A DNA stretch of 64,000 nucleotides, taken from assembly GCA_976226885.1 (NCBI GenBank), contig OZ320316.1:77066001-77130000 (forward strand), written 5' to 3'. The stretch is from Iphione sp. A-MEVVRFRX5. Its lineage: Eukaryota. The first letter of the stretch is position 1; the number at the start of each line of letters is the position of its first letter. The position numbers and the translations under genes were made by a program. The notes under the pieces are model-generated. The model was given only the letters and a program-made list of their open reading frames with translations. It was not told where the DNA came from and did no database searches. This document shows, in pieces, positions 11,113 to 23,000 of the stretch.

Positions 11113-12289
11113 CTAAAAGAACGTAAAGAATGTCCCACGCAAATATATGGCCAGAGTTTGGTACATCGGTCATCCTCCCGGTGAAATAATACACGCCGAG
11201 GTTTTGTATGATAATGTCGATGGTTCATGTATCAATGCGTCCTCTATCTGCCCAGGTACACCGGGCGACTTTCCTTCCATCATCATATTCGACTTAACTG
11301 TATCTCATGATGGCCAACGATGCCACACGTTGCAATAAAAGTGAGCCTTTTCAATGCTACGGTCCAACGATAAAAGTGTATGGTCAAAGGTCAAGGACGT
11401 CCCAGTACACCAATGACACACTGATAATTTCCCCCAGTGTAATTACCGATACCATGTACACGTATTTCAATTTACTTTCAAAGGCCCGGGCTTGTACACG
11501 TTATTAACATGGTCCGATTTTGGCAACGAATTCAAAGACAGTGATACGGACAGTTGGCTTCTAAACTCTCATACATATTAGATCCGCGTCTAACTGACGC
11601 AGCCTACACACAGTGACACTGCTATTGTATGTTTAAGGCAGTCAATTCTGTGTCAAGCGTGCATTAAAAACGCCTATAGTGCCTGGAATTATTGATCATT
11701 TCGTCATCCAGAATCCTCTTATCTTGGTGGATCAAGATCTGGCATGTGTATCCTGCAAAGATAAGCACTCCAATTTACCAGTTTTAGACGCACGTTCTTC
11801 CTTTCTGTGACATTTCTGTTAATATGAACTTCGTACGTCTAGCTCCTTCAACGACTCTATCCCACCAAGGCTTCCTAGTCACGGCCTGTTGCTTTTTGGT
11901 GTTGGTTAATGTTTCTTCTCAAATCGGCTCCTGCTGGAATCGTTTGAGTACCTGATGCAACATCATCACTCGACATCAACGTAGAAACGTCGCATAACCG
12001 ACACAAACTTGTCACTTAAACATTCGCAGCACGATGTGGACACGTGGGTATAATTCCAAGAGATACACCCAGACGTGCTAGGCTCCGCGTGAGAATATGC
12101 CATGTGACGGACCTCAGGGGCAGGTGTACCGAGGAAAGACTGGTCGACCCCTTGGTGTGTACCTGTGGATCCCCTCCTCTGGCCGGATCCCACCTGGTAT
12201 GGCGACCGTCCCACGCTTGGCAAATATGGCAACCGAGAAGGCGCTGCCTGTATAATACGGAGCGCAGAGTACGTGTATCTATGATTTAC

Positions 12290-12333
12290 CTGCGGCGATG
12301 CCGGCCTTTATGGTAATTCACCTGTGTCACCAT
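12290..12333 (-). CDS. Candidate first (or internal) exon MVTQVNYHKGRHRR-AG, phase-2 donor
   Basis: gagaagATGG context, donor CAG|gtaaat; the frame stays open upstream to 12417. Confidence 0.35.
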
Positions 12334-15244
12334 CTTCTCGCATTTGAAGATGCTCTGCTGCTTGCAACAGGCCACGTCCAGGATCCAGCTGTTCCTCACA
12401 GGGAACAAAGTTCCAAGTCATCAAGGGACTAACTGCAATCACTGCTACTGCAAGTTTTACACCAGGACAGCGGTTAACTTAACGTTGCCTCGTGTATGTA
12501 CTTATCAGATTTCACCAGCTGCAAATCTGCAAGCAATTAAAGCATAAGCAAACAGCTTTCAAGTGCTGATTCTTCTATTAGCACGGAGTGCGTGCCGAAC
12601 CGTTCGGTTTGTGCCTCTTAAATGGCATTCGGCTATGAACAGAGCTTGTTTGTTGAGCATGAGGCCATTCATAACAGACCTGTCGGTGACTCGACGACCG
12701 CACAGCTACGGAGGTTATGTGTCTTTGCCGGCTACGTCTGCTGACGCACGGATAAAATACCCGTACATCCCCACACTGCCACCGCCCTCCGCACCTGTGA
12801 CACAAGTACCACCACCAAGCCCTGAAACAGGGCATTCAATCCAAATGGCATGCTTCGATGAATCTGGCGTTTAAACACAAAGTCAAAATGTGGCTATGCA
12901 GGTATAAAAAAATTAGCCAAGGTGATTTTTTCCCGCCAAAGAAGAGGAATTCGCCCATAAGAAAGAACAGATAGTACTTGAAGAAACCTGAATTTGCTAC
13001 GACGAAAAACAGCTGGGATTCTGAGCAATGAAAATGAGTTAAGCTTATGTTACAATATACATACCAAGATACAGAAAACGTGTTTTTGGCAGATACTATT
13101 TCCCTAGTTGTCATTTTACTTTTTCTATTGATAAATACTTCACACTATGCTCCACCAACTATTTCCAACTCCCTCTAGTTAATCCCAGTTAAAAGGTGCA
13201 GATTCACGTATATCACCGTATCTATAATAATACTAATGCTCAAAAGATACCACTGACAGGAACACAATAGCAGGGGTCAATAGAGATAAACTATAAAAGT
13301 GAATAAGTGTACGTAATGCTCGAGGTGACATTTATTGTCTGCCTGACTCCTGCCAAACGTTCACTGTACGCTCACTTATAGAGCGACATCATTCTTGCGA
13401 CAAGTGGACCATGGAGACGCTATTCGTTGTGCGCCAAAAGAGAAACTTGCCGTCATGTTTCTGTGCGTTTGCGTGTGTGTGCATGTATACGTACGGTCGT
13501 CTTCATGTGCATGCACATGACAATGTCGTGTAACATGGCGTGGAAATTAAGGTGTGAATAAGTACACGCCTTATAAACACCTGGTCCATTTTTTTATTTG
13601 CTTCCAATTAATCAATTTTCGGATATTACGGAGCACGTAACCCTGAGTGGTGTGATTAGGCTCCTTCCAAAATCTATCAAGAGATGATGAATTATTACAC
13701 ATAATGAAGTAAATGAAACATATCCTCTGGGAACTTTAGCACTAAATTTTTGTCCTGTAAGATAAAAGGAAGGACAATGACTAATGTATTTATCTCCCTA
13801 AAACGGCAGGTAAAAACATGCATCTTTCACCAACGATGTCAGAGGAGTCACATCTGCCAAACAGCTTTCAGAAAACTTGCTTAGTTTTTAACAGGGTGTG
13901 CGCTCTGACTTCAGTCGTTTACCTGCACTAAATTTTAGAGATGTTAGTGGTGGGTACACTATACATGTAATCTATTCTTGCAACCATCACCTGCATTTAC
14001 AAATGTACTGTCGAAAGAATTAGTTTGTATCCTTGTTTTTTTAGTCCAAGGTGGAAATGTTAAGTCAAAAAGAACTGAAACTGAAGTCAAAGACAGAAAG
14101 TAATACATCAGTAAAGTCCAAACATCTGAATAAACATGCACGTTTAATATTTAAATCGCAAAATAAAAAAATCAGCGTGAAATTAATATAGTAAAGGTAA
14201 TATTGGGTACAGTCAGATAAGAAGGGTTTAGCTACCGTACTGTTCCCTCACTCTCACTGTTACTTTATCAGAGAAATGGACTAAGCCTACACTAAACTAA
14301 CGTTCAGCTCTTTAACCCAAGGGCATGAGAGACATTTGCTTTCAGCGCAAAATACACCTTTGGCATATATATAAAAAAAATCTGAGCAGAAGTGCTTGTT
14401 ACATAATCTTTTCGGCGGTCCTTAATAAATTATGCATCATCTTGTCACATAAAGCATTACTAGTGGAATTTGGACAGAATCCAAATCTGTTAGCAAGTCT
14501 GATTATTTCTATTCACCTGTCCACTAATGCTCCTGAAGAATGAAACACTATGTACGAATCTCTGCCCCAGGTCATAGGTTGATATCAAACCTTACCAGAG
14601 ATCACTCATAGAATAGTCTAGTTTTTCACTCTCTAGACTTGGATTTATTGCGATATCTTTCTAAGGACACCATTTTTATACTTATGTCCTTCGCGTACTA
14701 AAACGCGACCGAGCCCTGCCCTTTCAGTCTAGCTACAAAAGATTAATTACAGTAGGGTACTGAGGGGCTCGAGAGAGTGACGCGTGAGTAGAATATATCA
14801 TCCAGCTATCTATTTGCAATATTTTTTTACACGTAGTCGCCCCTTAACTGGGCCCATGTAGTAGTTCCATTCTTATTGGACCTGCGCCCAAGGAAGGAGC
14901 GACGAACGAGCGACGAACGGGAGACGAAGTGCTACCCTTGCTGCCGCCTTGTGCTATGAAAAGGTATTAACCTTTTTGCATTGCCAACACACATATGCAT
15001 CCTGCCACACTTTGACATTCAGAGTCCGTGTCGAATAAACAGTATCGAACTACTTTCCCTCGACGTTAAAGCACACCAATAGGAGAGTATATCACATGTA
15101 CTTCAAGTGTGGGGCAAAAGCAATAAAGCATAATTCCCCTCCCCCCGTAAAAAAGGGAACCTATGAAAACGAATGGATCTAGGTTTAAAGATACAAAGTA
15201 TGTCCAAAATTAAAAGTACATGTATGTACTTCAATACACACCAC

Positions 15245-15514
15245 CTCGTGTTGGCTTTGAGAAGGTGACGGGGCCGAAGCCGTGGCTCCAAGGTCGCCTT
15301 CATCCTCTTCTTCGATTACTGCCTCGATACGTCCTCCCGTTGACGGCTCAGGGACTTTCTGCTGGCTGGCCTGCTCTAGACGGGCTCGTCTGCTCCGCTG
15401 GCTCCGGGGATAGATCTTCCTCTTTTCTAGCGGTTCATGCTGAGGCAAACCGTAGCGCGTAGTGCCTAACACCCGTCTTAGAAAGCTCCGGATGCGTTCA
15501 TCGGTATTGCTCAT
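15245..15514 (-). CDS. Candidate alternative first coding exon, about 90 aa MSNTDERIRSFLRRVLG...SPSQSQHE
   Basis: GC-rich ORF that turns intron-like after GAG|gtggtg (or GTG|gtgtgt 3 nt later); both donors are phase 0 but weak. Confidence 0.6.
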
Positions 15515-18500
15515 CCTAACGGCACCGATTCCAGCATTTTACTGCATGGGTTTGGGTGGCGGGTTTACACGTATGTGGTACACGATTATGAATTATGTTT
15601 GGTCTTGACTGAATCCAGTACATGTAAATTGATCACTGCAATGTTCAGGTCACACAACTTGGGCTCATCCTTGGAAAAAGATACATTTCTTGCTGTCATG
15701 TTCGGAGATATATATGCATATTGCTAGTTTTTTTTTACCAGAAGATATCACCCGTCATTCAAACGCAACCAGATCAGTTCGGCTTAGCTCTGACACTGAT
15801 ATACTGTGCTTTCCGTGCACTCGTGGCTGGTAAGCCACTGATCCCGACAATTCATCCTCTGCGGGGATCGTTCGATAGGGATGACCTGTTTAGTTGTGTC
15901 ATTCCCGAAGCCTCGCTGCTGACATATTGTTGGCTTGCGTACCTGCCACTTCAACGTGGTGTTCCCTTTTTAAGACTTTAAATGCATTACGTGGATGTGT
16001 GTGCCCAAACTCGTAGCGGGGGGCCTCTTACGATGAGCCCGGAGTCCATCCAAACATACGTGAGTAATATTTGCGGACGAGGAGCAAAGGTGTGCTGTCC
16101 AGGTACGGCGCATCACACATCACATGCGTATCACTACATGACTTGTTGCTTTGACTCCCACAGGGAAATGACGAAGGTGGACGACACAGAGCACGAGATG
16201 TACGCTATTGCACAGTGGAGTGGACCTTGTAACCTGAGGCTACAGCTAGGATATCATACATTAACTGCGTATAATTACTAGACATGTCACTATATATATA
16301 CTCTGTGCTGCTATGGATTAATTAATCAATTTCACATGGTACACTGTAAAGTTGGGTGACGTCGACACTCATATTATCCATATACAATATACATGTACTT
16401 TCAGAATGGACAGAACTGCTACATCATAATTGATTTTCTACAAAAGTTTATATCTCATCTTCTCAGCTGATGTTTATAGGCAGGTGTATATTATGTACTT
16501 AAATCATCAAGGCCACTATATTGATTCACACGGCTTTTCGAGCTATGCCTATGTGCGAGAGACACACTAGGTAAACATGGTTAGGGACATAAAAAGGTGA
16601 GTCAACGTGTAAGCTGGTGCCTATGGCTCTAAGTGGCACATCTACCCAACAGCTACGGTAAACAGGCTCTCCAAATCACGACAATACCGACGGTATATAT
16701 AAATCGGTCAGATTCTACGAAAATGTAGACGTGTTGGACACTTTAACACGCCGGCCCGCTTGCCATTCCGCTCGTCTCACGAACCCCTTTAAGTCACCTT
16801 TTCTACATCCAAACACATGTATATTGTACGCCTGTACGTGCTGTCCTCGTTCTACGAGCGGTTTCTTCCTGTCTGAGTTCTGCCAATCAGCTATGTGTCC
16901 ATGCGTTCCTGGTCGGGGAACGACCCGGAGATCCTCTTATTAATTCAGTTTCGTACAATATTATTCTCCACTGGTCATCTTCAATTCTCGCTCATGTTTC
17001 TGTGGGTACAAGTGCGTGTCGTGAATATGATCTCCACGTATAGGTTGGTTATCACCACCGCGTAATGCCATCATTAAAAGGAGATTAGACACCCCGGGCG
17101 AATGTATAAATGGCTTGCCTGAACGCTTTCGATGAAGACCAGAGCCTTGGCTCGAGGCTGAACTATGTCTAATAAAGTCGACTTCGACTTATGCACTTGA
17201 TGGGGGGGCATCGGCGGTGGGTGTCACAATCTTCGAACAACTGTCTGAGTGGTGCACCACCGGTGCCACAACGCACAGACCCTTCCACTGGCCACCACCT
17301 GCACCACTTGCACCACCAAGTAAACATTTCCTTCTCAGGGACCAACTCAGTGGCATGGCTGCACTGGGGATGGGGCAAAGTTGAAGTGATAGAATAATAT
17401 CTGGGCTTAGTGATTCATATCAGCTGACTTATCTGACAATGGATAACACTACATTTGGTCGCCGACATTCAAAGTGAACATTGCATCAAATCAAGTACCT
17501 CTCCTTATCTTTCCATGTCAAGTATTTCCCTTCGGTGATACGGTCCCATGCGTAGCTTGTCTTTGAGTGTCCATAGATGTTCCCATGCGGAAAAAAACAC
17601 GTAAAATGGCACTTTAAGTGAGAGACACCATTTCTTGAAGGGCCACTTGTAAAAGCTAAATGGTAAGTGATCGCACAATGCCAAAAGCAGGTCACTACAG
17701 TAGCCATTGAGCCCCATTGAGCGTTGGATTTGTGATAATCGCTTTTTTTTCTGGGAGGCATTGTGGGAAAAAAATATAATTGCTAACAAATAAGTAAAGG
17801 GTTAGCAGACTGTGTGATGAACATACAGTTATACATGTAAACAAGATGATCCCTTAAAGCTGAAGAATGAATGCAAAGTATATATATACATTTTACCTTC
17901 AACAACGATGCTGGTGTGATCAGAAAAAGCGGAATAATGTGTTTTCATGATTTGTGGGCAACAAAAATGCCTGAAGACAAAACACCAGAAAATGCATCAC
18001 AAAATCTGACTCTTTCCCCTGACGAACAAGTACAAAGACAAAGCTGTGCTCGTGTAGTGAACAAATAAAGCCGTGGGTGATCGGGACGAGTCAGGAACAA
18101 AACAGTATCGCCCCCTTTACCCAACAAAGAGAACTATACCTCGGGCGGAACCCAAGCCCTGAGCGAAGTGCACGAAAACTGGAAAATAATAAAGGATAAG
18201 ACATTGTAAAATATAAACAAAACAAATAATATTCATTAAAAGAACGATTCAATCATTAAAGGAAACATGTAATTAATGGCATTTCACGCTTGGAAATGAA
18301 GGACATTGTGACAAATATTTAGAGGAATTTGCATGGAAATTCCATATCACAGTACATGTACACTGTAATACACACACTGATATTTTGTTTATACATTGAC
18401 AACAGAGTACACCTTCGAGGTGTATTGTCCCCTGCCAGCCATTCAATCAACTGCAACTAATTAGTTCTGGCTGGGTGAGCAGACTGGGACACAGCTCCAC

Positions 18501-19983
18501 GCCTGTGCAGTCCAATAGGATTCCTATGGTCTATGGCTGAATTTTTCAAAGTGCATGTGTTCACAGCAATGGTGCAATGTTTTCAGCATGCCTTTTGGGC
18601 TGTAGTGCTAACAGTGGGATGATTTCCTTAGGCATGTGTTTTCATGGCATTGGAAACATGCCACCACAGCAATGTTTTTAGAGTGGGAACTTTCTCATTT
18701 TTCACAACACCACAGCTGTTTTCACTGTGTTTTGGGTCACATGTCTGTTTTTGTATACAAGTAAATGCCTGAAGCCCTCCTCCATGTAGTGTGTTTGACA
18801 GCCATCATGTGTTTTTAGCGCCACACAGATACAATTGGCTCTGACCAACTCTGATCAAATCTGGCCAGGCAATAAAGGGTCCCAGTAATGTTACTTTGGA
18901 ATCCTGCTGTGAATATTTTAAAAAAGCTCCTAAAACGAAGGCTTTATTATGTCTCTTACAAATTACTTTACATTACTTACTTACATTCCTGCTTGTACAT
19001 TACATTTTCTTACAAAATCTGGTGTCTACAGACCAGAATCCACTACTGAGGAAACTGTGCGAGTGAATTCTTTCCCAGGCATCGCGTCTGATAAGAAGAG
19101 GGGAGTATATTTCCATATTAAAGTTCTGAGATGTAATTATGAAATACATACAAGGTGAGATGTAATTATGCGAGACATAACTGATACATACAAGGCGAGA
19201 TGTAATTGTAAATAATTGTAAGATATTATAACATAAAAGTTGAGATAAAGCTGTATAAGTCAAAAAAACCAATATGGCATCTGGAAAACATCTGATGAAA
19301 ACATCCTGTATGCTAATTGTGACCCCCTATCAGCCATATAAGGGAAAACATGGTCGTGTTTCCATGGTGCACATGATAAACACAACGGTGGAAACACAGC
19401 CAAAGGACGAGGTAATCCCCTGAAGGGGAAAAAACAGATGTGGAAACACATGGCAAGAAAAAACGCACCCCTAAGGTAATTCAGACTACATAAAGATTTC
19501 TTCTTTTTTATATCAAAATCATTTCAAATAACATATAAACAACCCAGTACGAAGTACCCATGTAGTGTAATAATACATATATTTAATAAAAATTCAGCTC
19601 ATTAGACAACCATTTTACCATTATAGGAAACATGAAATTGTGACGAAAGATTGAACAGCAGCATTCCTAGGTCCCCAACCTCTCTGAGGCTGAGGAGGCA
19701 GGGGACAAAAAAAACTTTATCTTAAAATAGCAATGTTCCGTCGATCCCTGGAAATAACTGTGCACAATTGAGCAGCGTCAGCTGTTACCACTGGAAATGA
19801 TGTAACTGAACTGGAGAACGTAAGGCTGGTGTACCATCCGAGTAGGCCATAACAAAAACCCATGTATCCCCACCAGTACACCATGTACATGTATGTACGC
19901 ACATGAGAACCTATGAGGATACTTGCCAGGTTTTCCTGTTTAATTCTACATGATGTACCTAAGATAATCTCCGCTGTACTTAC

Positions 19984-20091
19984 TCGATGATGGTGATTCT
20001 TGCAGCGGATTGGGAAACAGAAAATGAGACAGAGGATGATTGAAGCAAATACGAGGGCCGTAAGGACATCGATAGTGTCTGCACTCAGCAT
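19984..20091 (-). CDS. Candidate alternative first coding exon with signal-anchor/TM segment MLSADTIDVLTALVFASIILCLIFCFPIRCKNHHHR
   Basis: ATG in gtctccATG context, 36 codons ending at CGA|gtaagt (phase 0); 18-residue hydrophobic stretch followed by basic/His residues. Confidence 0.62.
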
Positions 20092-23000
20092 GGAGACTGT
20101 TCTCAGTACATGTATACATGTACATGCAGAGAGATATCCACTTGACAGAACGAGGTGAGCGTGCTTTGGCGCTTTCAATTAGGTCCAGGAATTGTCTGCC
20201 AACCGCCTTAACGCACCATACGTCCATGGTCACGTGCGTTATTTCCATCCATACTTTTCACCTGACTGGACTCAGGCCACGTGTGTTAACCTTCGTTAAG
20301 TTATATTATTGATGCCGGTGCGGGTGGTGACCTAACGCATCTTGACACGCCCACCGGGATCAGCGATAGTGAACGCCATCCCACATACATATATCTATAT
20401 GTATACAGATGATAATGAGGTACAGACGATCCCGCTCGGGTTGCCAAGCTCAGCACACCTGTTGGTCCGATCCTGCTCGTGGTTGCGTCAAGTTATACTC
20501 GACGTAAGGGGCCCCTAGCCGGTGAAAAGGAGAGGGGGGCCCTCTCTCGTCCCTGACAACTTGTGTAAGCTGTTGAGGTACTAATCACTCACTGTTTAGT
20601 GAGAATCAGATCAGCCGCTCGCCCGTGGATCAGCGATAAGGACCGGCCAGCGTTCGGACCGAATGTCTGAGGTATTTTCGTCTTGTAAACGATAGCTCGG
20701 TTCGACCAAGCTCCAGCGGTCCTACAACACATTAAGCCGGGGGTAACCGTTCAGAGGACCGGTTCATGTAGTCTTCGATCTCGACTCATCCTTGTTATGA
20801 AAGGCCTTTTGTATATCGGCGGCATCTAGCAGTTTGGCGGTCACTTCTTCCTGAAATATCTATGCGTACTTTGATCCCAGTATTACACGTGCATGTCTGG
20901 CGCTGACAACCGGTTTGTTTGGCCCGTGGCGTGCCTGGTACCAAATTCAACACGTGTAGTGTTCATCACATTCCATACTGATATCCTTAAAGGCGAAGCC
21001 GCAAACAACAATGAAAACTGCCACAGTGCTCAGGGTTCCTTCAGAAAGCAGTAGAAAAGCAAAGCTGGCCCTCAGTAGGGCTTGTACGGTACGTTACTCG
21101 AAGCGTAAAGGTTCTATATAAGCAACGGCAGTTGCGTCCTCTTGCACCCAGCTGTCAACAGAATCAATACAATCCGGCGCGGCGGTTTTATATATGGGCA
21201 CAATACCTCTGTAGGTATGCTCGTAAAGCCGGACGTATTTTACATATAAAAAGACAGCCTAGAGAACCAATTTTATTGTGAGAGAACGGTGCTGAGGGTA
21301 CTCTGTGGATGCACAACATAAGTAGGACTACTTACAGTGGTTTGACTTGCTAGACATCAACGAGGCCTGAAGTACTTAATAATTCTTTTCAGAAACACCC
21401 AAAGTTTCAAATGATTTTAAGACAATTGGCTGCACTATGTAAATGGAAGGATAGGTATGTGTCCAAGGTGGAAAATAGGAATATTTTTAAAGAGAAAGGG
21501 GATTGGTTATTACCTAGGACACATCGATTTGAAGATTTGCCTTGGGCCGTAAACATTGACACTGCACTTGGTATTAAGCGCATCCCGTTGCATGCTTGCT
21601 ACATCAGACCAATTGTGTATTCTCGGCCACTCATTATGTTAGTGCGTTCTTGGGAATCTTTCCAGCTCCATTATACACGCCATCCTGTATTTGTCTGGGA
21701 GTATAATGTAGGTCAAGAACAATCAACGAAAATATTAACTCGAGTCTTCTGTATATTTGTAGCTTAACCCTACTGCTGCCTATAATATAAATGCACTTCG
21801 GGACATCTTATTGACCTAAATTTCGAGTATGAGCAATAGAGAAAGTATAATCCCTTATTTTTCAACAGCTGGTAACTACATGTACATTGTATTTGTATTG
21901 ACATGCACTTTAGAGAGGTGTTGCTACCAGAACTAGCAAGTAGGTCCATTCCTTGCTTTTTGTTTCCGATGGTGCAGTGTTCTAGTATCAGGGCGAAGGA
22001 CTCACAGCTCCCCTCTTTTTGTGGCAGCTACCACAGTTCCCACTCACAGAAAACATCTATCCTACCCTACTTTCGCGCACGCCTTCACTATCAGACCTAC
22101 TTGTACTATAAAGTAAATACCATTTTTTCTCCCTACAGATCAACAGCTATTTGATTTGTACGCATTCTAAAAGATAAGGTACGTGCTAAATGCATATGAA
22201 TTATGTGTGTAAAAATGCACGACAATATGAACAACTAGCTGAGGATAATTTGCTGATGTATCCAGAGTGGATGCCTAGCAGGCACCGGGCACAACTACTT
22301 CCAAAGAAAATGAAATGTTGTTTATAATGGTCGCTGCTAGTTCCCTTTCACTCTATCAAATATGAAAGACCAACACTATAGTTTTCACATATAAAACAAA
22401 TTGTTGGCGGTCAGACTTTTTTAATACAAGGCGCTGCATAGAGGGTAAGGGCACTGTTAAGATAGTGTAATTTTTGTTTACTTTTCAATGGATACCGAAA
22501 AATACGTTATTCTGTACACACAACCAACTTAATGACACTTTTCAAGGTCAATGGCTGATAATATAGAGGCCTGCTCTGAAATAAGCTCGTTTACAGGTTC
22601 TAGACGTGGTTAGCAAAAATGATGCTAACCAGAGCAATATGAGCATAGAGTCTCGAACAAAATACTGAGCGATGTTTAGAGTAGTGAACCTACTGCTGTG
22701 CTAAAAAGCAGGTAAACACCGGGATTGTTCTTGACTGGCCATATGATGCACAGCAGCATCGGCCAGCGCCAGACAACAACAAACCCCACGTACATCTATA
22801 TTCAAGAAGGGTAACATTCAACGAGAGCAACACATACGTACATGCACGTATGTACCTACATGTGTACTTCTGATTTTTCATGTTGACTTTGGAAGAAGCA
22901 CATGTAGCCACTATACGAAGTGGAAATTTATCAGATGTCTCAGTTTGGTTGCAGCCTGGTTTACACACATGTACATGGACACTGTACATGCACTCTGAAA

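Noticed and set aside
17169-17378. GC-rich Trp/Cys-rich ORFs (MFTWWCKWCRWW...; MPLSWSLRRKC...)
   Set aside because: No usable phase-0 donor; the frames end in stops and show no recognisable family.
22139-22178. Plus-strand 40-nt segment with a strong acceptor (ttttttctccctacag) and donor (aag|gtacgt)
   Set aside because: Antisense to the gene, with no coding sense and no partner exon. Kept as a warning that good-looking splice-site pairs arise by chance.
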